Positions 53,887 through 64,000 of a stretch of DNA of 64,000 bases are shown piece by piece. Position 1 is the first letter of the stretch. Each line of letters starts with the position of its first letter. The notes under the pieces are model-generated. The model was not told the DNA's origin. It saw only the letters and a program-made list of their open reading frames with translations, and did not search any database. Position numbers and translations under genes: made by a program. The DNA is from a virus (taxonomy: Duplodnaviria; Heunggongvirae; Uroviricota; Caudoviricetes), in IMG/VR virus record IMGVR_UViG_3300013121_000003, positions 98,674-162,673 of that record; one strand, written 5' to 3'.

Positions 53887-55177
53887 CTGTATTATTACTT
53901 TCTTCTTCTGTTGCGTTTTCTACATTATAGACCTTCATTCTCGCTCTATCGAAACCAACAATAAACTTCCTGAATTTATTTGGATCACCATAACGATTCT
54001 TGATTTGCTTGATGATGATTTGGTCTAGATCAACAAGTTCTTCTGAAGAAATCAGAGCCAACATGTAATCGGCAGTATGAGCCATTCCCATCGATTCGGA
54101 AATGTTGGTCATGTCTATATCTGAAGAGTTTATCCCATCTCTGTTTGTCTGTGTAGCCGTGATGATCGGGAAGCCATATTCTTGACCCAATCCCCGTATC
54201 TCTTCAGCAACAGATTTGACCAGAACATAGGTGTTAACACTCCCACCCATCTTCATTCTTGAAGACGCACAAATGTTTAAGTAGTCAATAAAAACAACGT
54301 CTGGAACAATATTCTTCTTGAGTTTTAGTTCGTCTATAAGGTGCCTAAAATGACCAGCGTGGGCAGCACCAGAAGGAAATCCTTTGACGATTAACTTTCC
54401 CTTGGTCTTCTCTCGAATCTTAGCCAAACGTCGATTATACATATCCTTGGGCATTGCCATCAAGGCGTCTTCATCAACATCCAATAGATTGTGATCAATT
54501 CGTTGGGAGATTGCGATCTCTCCCATTTCCATTGTGATGTAAAGAACGTTTTTCCCTTGAGCTAAGAACGATGCTGCGAAAGAGCACATTGTTAGGCTCT
54601 TACCAACACCAGTTCCAGCCATAAGAATCATCATCGTGGCGGGCAACATTCCACCCTTCAAGATGACATTCATCAAATCAATGTCAAAACGAAGTCTGTT
54701 CTTCTCTGTGTGATATTCGGCAAATCGTTTATCAGCATCTTCGAAGAAATCATGTCCAACAGACGAATCAAAAGAAACTGCCAAGGCATCCTGAAGAAGT
54801 TTCGGAATAGCGTTCTTCTTAGCCTGATCATCCATTATGGAAATGGATTTACGTAGGGCATTCTGGATAGCTTTGTCTTGACAAAACTTCTCTGTTTCGT
54901 CAATCAGATATTTCTGATCTGTAGTCGAATCATGTTCGATTTCAGTTAGTGTTTGAGCAGCTTCTTTGAATTCCTTCTCATTCAATGTTTCTTTCGTCAG
55001 TTCAATGTTCATCACTTCTTTAGAAGGAAGTGAGTTATACTGAACAATAAACTTCTTGGCAATATTGAATAGAACTTTTTCCGAGCCTGAAAAATAATCT
55101 TCCTTCAAGAACGGAAGAACGGCTCTTGTATAACCCTCATTGACCAGAAGGTTAGATAAAATTACATGTTCGAACAA
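53795..55177 (-). CDS. 41: gp41 DnaB-family replicative helicase
   Basis: Walker A MAGTGVGKS; DnaB-like architecture; gene order as in T4. Confidence 0.85.
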   Translation of the reverse strand: MFEHVILSNLLVNEGYTRAVLPFLKEDYFSGSEKVLFNIAKKFIVQYNSLPSKEVMNIELTKETLNEKEFKEAAQTLTEIEHDSTTDQKYLIDETEKFCQDKAIQNALRKSISIMDDQAKKNAIPKLLQDALAVSFDSSVGHDFFEDADKRFAEYHTEKNRLRFDIDLMNVILKGGMLPATMMILMAGTGVGKSLTMCSFAASFLAQGKNVLYITMEMGEIAISQRIDHNLLDVDEDALMAMPKDMYNRRLAKIREKTKGKLIVKGFPSGAAHAGHFRHLIDELKLKKNIVPDVVFIDYLNICASSRMKMGGSVNTYVLVKSVAEEIRGLGQEYGFPIITATQTNRDGINSSDIDMTNISESMGMAHTADYMLALISSEELVDLDQIIIKQIKNRYGDPNKFRKFIVGFDRARMKVYNVENATEEESNNTDDSVMDKTNFGKADRERKDSGKRRRFAGFY

Positions 55178-55186
55178 AAATACTCC

Positions 55187-55933
55187 TTACTTAAATTTTG
55201 GGAATCTTTTTCTAGTTGAGTGACCTGATATCTTATTACCGGATTTGTCTAGACCACGGTAATAAGTCTTTTCCCAAGTTGTCTCGGGCTTTGTCAGATC
55301 AACGTTATGGTAAGGTTGTCTCGTTTTCTCTGCCATGTCAATGGCATGAACCATCTTGTTCCTGTCGTTCTTCCACAAATCAAAATCCTGTTGCAATTTT
55401 GGATCATCAGATAATTTGACTACCTCTGCCTTGAGTTCTCCGATTTGATGTGGAATAGGAGTTATAAAAACTAACGGATCACCCTTCTTGAACATGTAAG
55501 TTCCGGGTTCTGTCAACATATAATTCATAGTAAAAGTAAATGGCATCCACCAAGTCTCGACTATTCCTGAAAGTGGATAGACATTCTTGATTGGATTATT
55601 CGGAACACCAGAAACATACAGATCGTATTCCTTACTGGTTCTGAAAATATATCCAGTATGAAGAGTAAATATTCCAGAACCAAATAGAGATTCCACGAAA
55701 TTGAATTTAGAATATGCTATCTGAGGAATCAAATCTCTTTTGTCTTTTCCTCCATTCCAGATCACCAAGAAATCTGATGGAGCAAGTAGAACATATCCAT
55801 TAGAATTTGCTATCGTCAATGGAAGACAACGATACGCATATTGATTTGGAGTTTCGTCCATCCATTGACGTTTTTGGGACGATGGAAGAATTTCCATCGC
55901 CTCTTCGTCTATCTTATAAGCAGTTATCTTCAT
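55187..55933 (-). CDS. Hypothetical protein
   Basis: 248-aa ORF between gene 41 and uvsX. Confidence 0.55.
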   Translation of the reverse strand: MKITAYKIDEEAMEILPSSQKRQWMDETPNQYAYRCLPLTIANSNGYVLLAPSDFLVIWNGGKDKRDLIPQIAYSKFNFVESLFGSGIFTLHTGYIFRTSKEYDLYVSGVPNNPIKNVYPLSGIVETWWMPFTFTMNYMLTEPGTYMFKKGDPLVFITPIPHQIGELKAEVVKLSDDPKLQQDFDLWKNDRNKMVHAIDMAEKTRQPYHNVDLTKPETTWEKTYYRGLDKSGNKISGHSTRKRFPKFK

Positions 55934-55991
55934 CTAGATTGTTCCTTATTTAAAAATTGCCCTATAAGGTCCAAAATTCAATACAAACCAA

Positions 55992-57029
55992 TCAGTCTTT
56001 GCTCAGACAATAATGGTTCTTGACATATGAACTAAAACCATCTCTCTTTATGATTTCATCCCAAATATCATTATTCCTTAACAAATCGTCATATCTGTAA
56101 AGCTTTTCAGTTCCTTCGAATTGGAACCATCCTTGCTTTGGTTTAGTCAGAATTCCAGCTTCAAGAGAAATTTCGATCAATCCAGAATTACGCATAACAC
56201 CTTCTTCTCGATTGACTGATATCGGAAATTTACTTTCTTCCATAATTGTTCTGGACTTCATAACATTCAATGTGAAGTCATATCCAACCAGAAGTTTCTC
56301 TTCTCTTTCTTTACTCTTAGAGATAACAAAAACTTCGTTGGCAGCGTACATTGGAGCCGTTCCGCCAGAAATAATTGTCTTGGCATACATCTCCATTGTT
56401 TGATACGTATGAGCAATCACAACACAGTGTAAATCCTTCATATTCAGTTTAGGTGTTATGATTCTGAAGAATGATCTCAAAGCTTTTGCTCGTGACATAT
56501 CTGCCACACTTTTTTCTTCGATAGCGTCTTCGATTTCTTTCTTGGATGCTAACATTCCAATAGAATCAACTATAAAAACAACTTTATCGCCACGATTGAT
56601 TTCATCTAATTTCTTAGACATATCGAACTTCAGATTTTCGACATGTTCAATTCCAACGTGAATAACTCGATCTGTATTAATTCCAGAATCTTGAAAATAT
56701 TGAAAAGAAGCACCAAATTCTGAATCATAAAAAACACAAACGCCATCTTTATGTTTGTCAAGATATGATCTGACCAATTCAAGAGCGATTTTAGTTTTGA
56801 AAGTTGCTCTTTCTCCACCAAATATTGTCAATCCTGGCATCCATCCACCTTCTGTAGCATTTCCAGAAAGTGCAATATTTAGAAGTGGAATTGAAGTTTT
56901 AATAATATCTTTTTCTTTAACGAATGGTGAGTTAGTTAAAATGTGAGGTTGTATTTTTTGGGAACCTGTTGAAAGTAAAGTTTCCATAAGTGATTTTTTC
57001 GTGCTTGCGAGCACGTCTTTTTTAGCCAT
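55992..57029 (-). CDS. uvsX: UvsX RecA-like recombinase
   Basis: Extensive similarity to T4 UvsX (FYDSEFG, RVIH, VVFIVDSIGMLASKKE, MSRAKALRSFFRIITP). Confidence 0.9.
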   Translation of the reverse strand: MAKKDVLASTKKSLMETLLSTGSQKIQPHILTNSPFVKEKDIIKTSIPLLNIALSGNATEGGWMPGLTIFGGERATFKTKIALELVRSYLDKHKDGVCVFYDSEFGASFQYFQDSGINTDRVIHVGIEHVENLKFDMSKKLDEINRGDKVVFIVDSIGMLASKKEIEDAIEEKSVADMSRAKALRSFFRIITPKLNMKDLHCVVIAHTYQTMEMYAKTIISGGTAPMYAANEVFVISKSKEREEKLLVGYDFTLNVMKSRTIMEESKFPISVNREEGVMRNSGLIEISLEAGILTKPKQGWFQFEGTEKLYRYDDLLRNNDIWDEIIKRDGFSSYVKNHYCLSKD

Positions 57030-57089
57030 AATTTTACTCCTATGAAAAAAAGTTTGATTGATATACCGGAAACTACTCCGGTCTATTAC

Positions 57090-58442
57090 TTATGAGTTCT
57101 CATAAGCCTTAATCATATGTTGATGATAATCGTGAAGACGTTGATGGTAATCAACTTGATTTTTTAGGTATCTAGTTGGATTGTACTTATTTTCAAATTC
57201 GAAGCGTTCTAATGATCTTTTAGCATCATTTAATTTCATACTATGTTCTGATATTCCAGATTTTTTATTTTTTATTAATGGTGGAGTTTCACCAAATTCA
57301 TGATAAAGTCTAGAACCAGCCAAATGTCTAGTATGAACATGGCCGACATCTACTTTATTGCTTTCAGTATAAAACTGATGAAGATGATCTCTATTATTTG
57401 TATGGGGAACAAATTCTGCTAAATCTCTTATATAAAAATGTGGTTGTTTTCCTTTCTTTTCGTTTTCCCAAATTTCATCCATATGTTCTTGTTTAAAGTG
57501 TGGAAGATGAATTATTGATTGTGGATGTAATATTCCATTTCTATAATGTTCCATTGCTTGTTCAACATGATGTGGTTTTATTAATTCTGGATTATTATCT
57601 TCAATATGAGCCATAACTTTATCGTCGCCAGCTTCAAACGCATGTTCTGTTGCGTGTTTCTTGGCCAAATCAGTATGAAATGCCCATTTCATTCTTTCAT
57701 CATCATGATCACTTGGATAAAATCTTGCACCTTTAAGACTTGGATATTTCTTCACCAAATCTGATGGTTTAACCTCACCATCATCTTTATCCATCAACTG
57801 TGCAGAAGGAAAATGAATTGCAAACTTCCTGTTATCAGGAGTTTGAATTAAATGAATTGCACCTTGTTCTGAATAATCATTGAAATGTGTTGGTTTTTTC
57901 CATCCAAAACACCAACCGCCAGATTCATCATCGTGACCACAAGAATCTCTGGCAGCACGGCCAGCTTCATGTGTATCTAATGAATGAATAGTTGTTCCCT
58001 TTCCGTCATCGAACATTTTCGTTGCTCCGGGATGGCCTTCAAATCTAGGTCCATCTGGAAACGATTCATTATGATGTTCTTGGGAACGAAGATGATCCAC
58101 AAGATTCATTTTCTTGGGATGTGTTTCTTGATTTAAAGTGTATGCATTTAAATCTTGAGAAGGAAGTTCCTTCTTCAAGGAATGAAATTTTTCTATATGT
58201 CCCTTTATCCGTGGTAAATCTTCTTGTCTGAAATTCTTTGATTTATATTGATTCAACATCCATTGAGAATTCGAATGTTTCTTTTGATCTGGATCATGAC
58301 TCATAACCAGATCAATAATATTGTCTGGTTTCTTTGAATGAAGATCGCTCATTTCATGCGAAGTGTCGAATGACGTGTATGTCTTTTTGAAAAATTCTTT
58401 TCTATTTTCAGACAAAAAGATATATTCAGAAAAAGATAACAT
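57090..58442 (-). CDS. Histidine-rich hypothetical protein (about 10% His)
   Basis: 450-aa ORF with many Hxx(x)H spacings. Confidence 0.55.
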   Translation of the reverse strand: MLSFSEYIFLSENRKEFFKKTYTSFDTSHEMSDLHSKKPDNIIDLVMSHDPDQKKHSNSQWMLNQYKSKNFRQEDLPRIKGHIEKFHSLKKELPSQDLNAYTLNQETHPKKMNLVDHLRSQEHHNESFPDGPRFEGHPGATKMFDDGKGTTIHSLDTHEAGRAARDSCGHDDESGGWCFGWKKPTHFNDYSEQGAIHLIQTPDNRKFAIHFPSAQLMDKDDGEVKPSDLVKKYPSLKGARFYPSDHDDERMKWAFHTDLAKKHATEHAFEAGDDKVMAHIEDNNPELIKPHHVEQAMEHYRNGILHPQSIIHLPHFKQEHMDEIWENEKKGKQPHFYIRDLAEFVPHTNNRDHLHQFYTESNKVDVGHVHTRHLAGSRLYHEFGETPPLIKNKKSGISEHSMKLNDAKRSLERFEFENKYNPTRYLKNQVDYHQRLHDYHQHMIKAYENS

Positions 58443-58469
58443 AGAAAATCCTTTGAAGTGGATGATTTA

Positions 58470-58688
58470 TTATTTATCAGAATCATCCACTTCATCTTCT
58501 TTGTTGTCAAGTTCTAGAATAACTCCTGCACCATAGAAAATTCCGTACCAAACACAAAAAAACATCATCAAGAAAATAGTTAGATTAGTTGCTAGAATTG
58601 CGATCCAAAGACCTAGACATAAGCTTGACCAAAATCTGAATGAAGCCGACGTAAATGTATCAAGAATATTATGAAATAGGTTTATCAT
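58470..58688 (-). CDS. Small two-TM membrane protein with an acidic tail
   Basis: 72-aa ORF. Confidence 0.45.
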   Translation of the reverse strand: MINLFHNILDTFTSASFRFWSSLCLGLWIAILATNLTIFLMMFFCVWYGIFYGAGVILELDNKEDEVDDSDK

Positions 58689-58998
58689 TTTTCTTCAAGT
58701 CTTCTTTGATTGCCGCCTCGACATCCTTCATGAACTCTTCACCTTTATCTGTAAGGATTTGTTGAACATCCTTGTTGATTGAAATGTAATCGTTCAAAGT
58801 CATGCTTGAATGTTTGGGTTTACGCATGATTTTGTCAACGATATGTTCGGCCATAGGTTGTTCCTTTTCGGGTTCAGTAGAAACTTTCGTTTCAGTAGAA
58901 ACGTTTCTGCTTTTCTTTCTCAAGGTAAGTTGGGATATCCAAGTCTTGACCAACTTCTTCATATGATACACGATACTTGACAGTCTCGCAATCATCAT
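58669..58998 (-). CDS. Hypothetical protein
   Basis: 109-aa ORF. Confidence 0.45.
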   Translation of the reverse strand: MMIARLSSIVYHMKKLVKTWISQLTLRKKSRNVSTETKVSTEPEKEQPMAEHIVDKIMRKPKHSSMTLNDYISINKDVQQILTDKGEEFMKDVEAAIKEDLKKNDKPIS

Positions 58999-59164
58999 AA
59001 ATCTCCGTTTCTCTTCTGAAACGAACCTGTTGACCCAGATGGTTCTTCAGATTTCCGAGATTCTTCCATGCCTTGCCGATGGTGTTGAACGTTGGTCTCA
59101 TTCCACCAGTCGAAAAAAGACCATCACTCTTTCTTCTGATTTTGTAGACGTAGTTTTCTTTCAT
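58892..59164 (-). CDS. Hypothetical protein (overlaps the downstream ORF by ~107 nt in another frame)
   Basis: 90-aa ORF. Confidence 0.4.
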   Translation of the reverse strand: MKENYVYKIRRKSDGLFSTGGMRPTFNTIGKAWKNLGNLKNHLGQQVRFRRETEIYDDCETVKYRVSYEEVGQDLDIPTYLEKEKQKRFY

Positions 59165-59720
59165 TGCGAATTTTCCTCACTTTCTTTCGGTGTTCATTGT
59201 TTCCATAATTATAAATTATTGTTAAAGAATATTCGTCTAAGTCAAATTTATCGAGTAGTAAATGTCTTATTTCATCATTTCCTCTAGTGGCCGCAAATTT
59301 TAAAAGACATAAATTTATACACTTGATTTCTAAAAGTTTCTTGATAGCTCTGTAAGTTAACTTGTGTGTAGAAATGTTAGACATATATTCGGTTATTTCA
59401 TTTTTAGCCATCATTTTAAAAATGTGACGTTCATTTCCTCGATAAGCAATGCTCTCTTTGGCATGTCTAGACAATTTATGTTTTTCAATTAATTTATCAA
59501 AAACCTTCTTGTCAGCATAGGCCGCAATGTTCACAATAATATCACTAGGTAAGTGTTTCTTATCAAGAAGTTTTAATATAACCTCCTTATTTCCATGAGT
59601 AGATAAAATATTCATTTCATCCATTGACAACTCAGGATTCTTCAAAATCAATAAACGATAGCGGGGACTTTTTTCAAGTAAGATTTTCGCCGAAAATTTG
59701 TCTAACATGCGTAACCCCAC
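59124..59720 (-). CDS. Hypothetical protein
   Basis: 198-aa ORF. Confidence 0.5.
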   Translation of the reverse strand: MGLRMLDKFSAKILLEKSPRYRLLILKNPELSMDEMNILSTHGNKEVILKLLDKKHLPSDIIVNIAAYADKKVFDKLIEKHKLSRHAKESIAYRGNERHIFKMMAKNEITEYMSNISTHKLTYRAIKKLLEIKCINLCLLKFAATRGNDEIRHLLLDKFDLDEYSLTIIYNYGNNEHRKKVRKIRNERKLRLQNQKKE

Positions 59721-59723
59721 TCT

Positions 59724-60545
59724 TCATGTGTTGATTTTGAACTTCAGCTTCGGCTGAGCAACCTTAGAGATTGGCATAGATGATGGAGTTCGTCTTAGTC
59801 TATTGCTAACAGAGTTTGTAGCCATGATCAAGGCTATTGCTAATGGATCAAAGACAGATACAACAATGATGATTAGCCATCTGACGAATCTCTCAAGTTG
59901 TTCGTCTCCTGCATTCTCATAGAAGAAGTTGGCCAAGAACTTCAATGGACCGACTTCGACAGATTTTTTCTTGATTTGGTTGGCCAGAACAGACTTGTCT
60001 GTTTCCAGTTTGATCAACTCTTCCTGTAGAGTGTCCTTCTCTTTGATCAGCTTGTCTCTGGCAGCTTTTTGACGGTTGAATTGGGTCAAGGCACCGGCCG
60101 CTTCTTTCGCTGTTCTAGAGCGATCTGTAAGCGTTTTAAGCGTATTGTCTGTGGCAATAATTTGGCGGTTAAGATCGTCCAGCTTGAACTTCAATGCCGT
60201 GATCTTTCCTTCGATCAATGGAAGTCTGGATTTGTCGCCGGTTTCTTGTTCAATTTGCTGTTCGATATGTGCCCGAGCAAAGAAGCCATAAACACCAATC
60301 GACGTGATGCACATGAGGATGAAGACCGCAGAACAAAGATAAGTCTTGATTGTTCTGGAAATGTCATTCCAATGAAATTGAAGCCAAGCCGCTGTTGTCA
60401 CTTTAGCTGATTCGAGAACAATCATGATGGCTATCGTTGTCCAATAGGCACCAGAAAAAACAATAGCCATTCCAAGAATTGAAATATAGGCAGATGAACA
60501 AGAAAGAACTAAAGCAACAAATCTAGCAAAATTATTAATCATCAA
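59724..60545 (-). CDS. Membrane protein (N-terminal TM helices, central coiled coil, C-terminal TM helix); distant paralog of the plus-strand gene at 41300
   Basis: 273-aa ORF; shared ARFVA N-terminal motif and overall architecture. Confidence 0.55.
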   Translation of the reverse strand: MMINNFARFVALVLSCSSAYISILGMAIVFSGAYWTTIAIMIVLESAKVTTAAWLQFHWNDISRTIKTYLCSAVFILMCITSIGVYGFFARAHIEQQIEQETGDKSRLPLIEGKITALKFKLDDLNRQIIATDNTLKTLTDRSRTAKEAAGALTQFNRQKAARDKLIKEKDTLQEELIKLETDKSVLANQIKKKSVEVGPLKFLANFFYENAGDEQLERFVRWLIIIVVSVFDPLAIALIMATNSVSNRLRRTPSSMPISKVAQPKLKFKINT

Positions 60546-61360
60546 TTAAAACATCTTTCTAAAGCCATAACTAATTTATTTACATCTGCATCATAAAGAC
60601 CAGACGCATTGATCGAATTTATCTCAACTATCTTAATCTTATCATCGATCCTACATAAATCCAAACAATAAGCCTTGGATGGTTGCCATGGATTGAAATT
60701 AGCAGCTATTGCTGATGCGAACCAGATCATATCAGGATCAACCATTTTATTCGAATATGTTATGGTGTTTCCTAATTTGTAAAGTGAATATGTAGCGATT
60801 TGTCCGTCAACAATCCAGAATCTAACCTCTTGTTGAATCTCTTTGATTTCAGATGTTAGTATTCTAGATGTTTCTAAAGCTCCGGTTCCATAATCTTCTT
60901 TGAGATTGACTACCTTGTTTGCCCAATCCTGAATTTCTCTGATGGTCATTACCTGACCTTTAATCAGTTTAGAATCATCTTCTGGTCGAACAAATAGTTT
61001 TATATTATCAAGATCGTGATCATCAAATTTTTCATCAGCCCAATGTTTCAGTGTTGTTATGAAACAATTATAATTAAGCATCTTGTCTCCCCAATGCTTA
61101 ATTTGTTCGCTATAATTGGCATGATCTAATGATATGTATCCTGGCTTATATCCATTTCTATTAGACAATTGTTGAAGAGCCATAGAACCATAGACAAATA
61201 CCTTACGGCCATAAAGATCAGAAGGATGTTCTGGAATTAATTCTCCACTAAATGGAACGACCTTATGAACAGAATGATTTATTTCCAATCTTTTCAGAAC
61301 TGAAATAAGTTCTGACCATTTTTCTTCTTGACATACATTTTCTTGAACAATCCAATACAT
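60542..61360 (-). CDS. Possible ATP-grasp fold enzyme
   Basis: C-terminal KIVEINSINASG resembles the ATP-grasp E-x-N motif region; tentative. Confidence 0.4.
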   Translation of the reverse strand: MYWIVQENVCQEEKWSELISVLKRLEINHSVHKVVPFSGELIPEHPSDLYGRKVFVYGSMALQQLSNRNGYKPGYISLDHANYSEQIKHWGDKMLNYNCFITTLKHWADEKFDDHDLDNIKLFVRPEDDSKLIKGQVMTIREIQDWANKVVNLKEDYGTGALETSRILTSEIKEIQQEVRFWIVDGQIATYSLYKLGNTITYSNKMVDPDMIWFASAIAANFNPWQPSKAYCLDLCRIDDKIKIVEINSINASGLYDADVNKLVMALERCFN

Positions 61361-61361
61361 A

Positions 61362-61676
61362 TCATTTCCAATTCTTAATTATTTCATTTACAGTAATTTC
61401 AATATCTTTCTTTTCTTGTTCAGTTAACGGTGAATCGATTGGGATTTCTAATTTCTTATTTAAAATTCTTTTACACTCATTCCATCTTTCTATTATTCGT
61501 CCACTTGTATATTTTAATTCTATTTCATCTTCAAATTGCATTACTTGTTTGATAGCGTTTTCAAGTTCTACAATTCTTTTTCTATAGACATGATTTTCTT
61601 GTTCCATACGAAAAGCTTCTGAAGAAGCAGCATCTAATTTTTGATATAATGAAATTCCCATAATGATCTCACTCAA
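61362..61676 (-). CDS. Small coiled-coil protein
   Basis: 104-aa ORF; overlaps the 3' end of gene 43. Confidence 0.45.
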   Translation of the reverse strand: MSEIIMGISLYQKLDAASSEAFRMEQENHVYRKRIVELENAIKQVMQFEDEIELKYTSGRIIERWNECKRILNKKLEIPIDSPLTEQEKKDIEITVNEIIKNWK

Positions 61677-64000
61677 ACATCGATTCTAGGGTGTTTTGAT
61701 ATTCCAACTTCCATCCTATCACGTTTAGAATTGCAGTCAACGGTTCCTTGAAGCTCTTGGAGAACTGCAAATCATAATCAATTATTTCTTGGATATTCAT
61801 TTCATCTGGAATCTTACTTGATGCAGCGATTACATCAGACTTCAAACGATTGGGTAATTTGATATAACAAAACTTAATCTTGTCACCACTATTAATCATT
61901 TGATACTTATTGGTGAGATTTTTCTTCTTGATGTAATCGTTATAAACCAATGAACCACGAACATGAATTGGACAACCCTTCTTATAGAGATTAACCGAAT
62001 CATGATAATCTTCAAGTCCGTTAACTCCACGTGGATAGGCAATGTCATAGAAAGACATCTTCTGATATTTTTCCCAAAACGAATCCACATAGGAAATCAA
62101 AGTCTGTTCGTCTTTGTTCATGATGATGTTCAAGGCTTCTTCAAGAGCATCACGACAAACTTCAGGAACCGAGGAACGAACAACTTCGATACCCGTAAAC
62201 TTCAATTCTGGTTCCTTTAATCGGACGCCTTCATCATCCAAGATTTTCATTACATATCGTTTTTTACCAGTCCATATTGCTCGCTCGGCAATCTTTTCTC
62301 TCTTGGCCTTGAGAACATTGGCGTATGCATTCATATAAACGAATAGTTCGTGGAATGCATTATCCAAAACTTCTTGGGCTTTAGTCGAACCAAACTTACT
62401 CAAATGATCAGTGATCTTATTAGGATCAGTTTCGTTGGGAAGAAACTTCTGAACCAATGGACCTTGATTGACGATGATCGAATCGGTATCAGCCGCAATG
62501 ACGTAATCGTCATCTGTCTTAAGAACAGAACGCATGTATTCATTGAACTTCTTATCGAGCCAACGTGTCGTCAACTGTCCAGACAACGTAATGGACATGG
62601 CCAGATCATACGAGAAGAAAATGAAGTGCTTATTACACATTGCTCCATAAAGCGAATTCATCAAGAGTTTGATAGCGATTTGTTTGGCTTTGAGATATGA
62701 AACCTCAGATTCTAATTCGAAGGACTTGTTTGTTTCGAGTTCCTGTTTCTTAGTCAAGAATTCTTTCTTGACAATGGCTCGCATGTCGAAAAGCTTTTCC
62801 ATGAGTTCAGCCATGAAACTTTTCTTATCTTTGGAATACATACATCCATTGGCAGCTATCGAATATCCTTGATGGTCGAAATCAGGTTGTTCAATCAATT
62901 TATCGATTGATGGAAACGAATCGATCTTTCCTTTCAATGTATCCGGACCAAGATTATATTGCATGATGATTGATGGATATAGGCTTGCACAATCATAAGA
63001 AACTGCCCACGAATACATTCCTGGCTTTGGTTCTTTGACATATCCACCAGGAATAGTCATTTCTGCTTGAACAGATTTCTTGGATGGAAGAACAATTTTC
63101 TGATCCAAGAGGTAATGATGAATGAACGATTCCCAGACTGGAATGGTCTTCAGAACTTCTTGATAGTTCGTCTTGGCCATATAAGCCACAACGAAAATCA
63201 GTTCAAAGAACTTGAGTTTGTTATCTAGCCGTCGAATGAGTTCAACGTCATGAATATTATATTCCAGGAATTTCTGGAAATTGTTCTGATAAAGATGATC
63301 TAGACTCTCGTATTCTGAATAATCAATCTTCTCTTCTTCTAATTCAAAGTAGCTAACATAATTGAGTGAATAAGATTCTAGCTGCCCATGAACCTGAACA
63401 GTGAACTTCTTATACATTTCCATGTAGTCAAGGAGCGAAACTCCTTTGATATCGAACGTCTTGGTCACTCCAAATTTAGTAAAGAATTCTCGTGGAATAA
63501 TCTTCCTAATTGGGGAGAGTTGAAGCGTTAGTTCTTCACCCAAGACAATAAGCATTCGGTTGACCAGATAAGGAATATCGAATCCGATCAAGTTCCAGCC
63601 AGAAATAACATCTGGTGCTCTCGCTTTCCAGATAACCAGAAACGCTTTGAGTAACGTGTATTCGTCTTTGCATTGAAAATACTTCACATGCTTGGGAGCA
63701 TTGAATGGCTTCATCCCAAAGGCATACATCTGGTTTTCAATGTGAAGTGAAATGGTAACGATAGGAGACGTTGCTTCTTCTGGCTTGGGAAACCCGTTAG
63801 AAGAATCGACCTCAATATCAATAAGTCCAATCCGAATCTTACTCGGATCGTATTTTATTTCCTCTCGATATTCATCATAGATGAATGTTGTGACTGGATT
63901 TGTAGAACCGAAAATAGAAAAGCCTTCGATATCCGTCATCTCTTTGACGAACTTAGTCATCTCAAAGATGGAATCAAAATCTTTCTTTTCTACTGGTTCT
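61669..64000 (-). CDS. 43: gp43 family-B DNA polymerase (the N-terminus probably extends beyond the window end)
   Basis: Exo I motif LIDIEV, Pol motif C AADTDSIIV, KKRY motif; an ORF of more than 763 aa runs to the window edge. Confidence 0.85.
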   Translation of the reverse strand, partial: EPVEKKDFDSIFEMTKFVKEMTDIEGFSIFGSTNPVTTFIYDEYREEIKYDPSKIRIGLIDIEVDSSNGFPKPEEATSPIVTISLHIENQMYAFGMKPFNAPKHVKYFQCKDEYTLLKAFLVIWKARAPDVISGWNLIGFDIPYLVNRMLIVLGEELTLQLSPIRKIIPREFFTKFGVTKTFDIKGVSLLDYMEMYKKFTVQVHGQLESYSLNYVSYFELEEEKIDYSEYESLDHLYQNNFQKFLEYNIHDVELIRRLDNKLKFFELIFVVAYMAKTNYQEVLKTIPVWESFIHHYLLDQKIVLPSKKSVQAEMTIPGGYVKEPKPGMYSWAVSYDCASLYPSIIMQYNLGPDTLKGKIDSFPSIDKLIEQPDFDHQGYSIAANGCMYSKDKKSFMAELMEKLFDMRAIVKKEFLTKKQELETNKSFELESEVSYLKAKQIAIKLLMNSLYGAMCNKHFIFFSYDLAMSITLSGQLTTRWLDKKFNEYMRSVLKTDDDYVIAADTDSIIVNQGPLVQKFLPNETDPNKITDHLSKFGSTKAQEVLDNAFHELFVYMNAYANVLKAKREKIAERAIWTGKKRYVMKILDDEGVRLKEPELKFTGIEVVRSSVPEVCRDALEEALNIIMNKDEQTLISYVDSFWEKYQKMSFYDIAYPRGVNGLEDYHDSVNLYKKGCPIHVRGSLVYNDYIKKKNLTNKYQMINSGDKIKFCYIKLPNRLKSDVIAASSKIPDEMNIQEIIDYDLQFSKSFKEPLTAILNVIGWKLEYQNTLESMFE

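Noticed and set aside
57090-61676. A gene 42 (dCMP hydroxymethylase) or beta-glucosyltransferase between uvsX and 43, as in T4
   Set aside because: None of the ORFs in this interval shows thymidylate-synthase-like or GT-B motifs
1-64000. CRISPR arrays, integrase/attachment sites, reverse transcriptase or DGR
   Set aside because: No regularly spaced direct repeats, no YxDD/tyrosine-recombinase motifs and no template/variable repeat pairs were seen

Overview
AT-rich (about 35% GC by eye) T4-like (Tevenvirinae-style) myovirus DNA covering the early/DNA-replication region; almost every gene is on the minus strand. Recognisable T4 core genes in T4 transcription order are 43 (partial at the window end), uvsX, 41, 61, rnh, 59 and 32. 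Large hyperplastic accessory blocks are inserted between them. The accessory content resembles marine/cyanobacterial T4-like phages: phoH, mazG, thyX, an RNR large subunit with no visible NrdB partner, a pyruvoyl S-adenosylmethionine decarboxylase, an Asp/Asn-hydroxylase-like 2OG-Fe cupin, glutaredoxin, a GT4 glycosyltransferase and an Hsp20 domain fused to a large PEV-rich repeat protein. Also present are two putative RNA ligases near a nucleotidyltransferase/phosphoesterase cluster (possible RNA-repair counter-defence module), an AAA+/SPFH/membrane-protein module, at least four freestanding homing endonucleases (two HNH, one GIY-YIG, one HNH-like; one HNH is bracketed by a 27-bp direct repeat), a tRNA-Leu(UAA) plus a second atypical tRNA-like element, several GC-rich islets with plus-strand or convergent genes and clean rho-independent terminators, and several tandem paralog families. 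No CRISPR array, reverse transcriptase or integrase was recognised.
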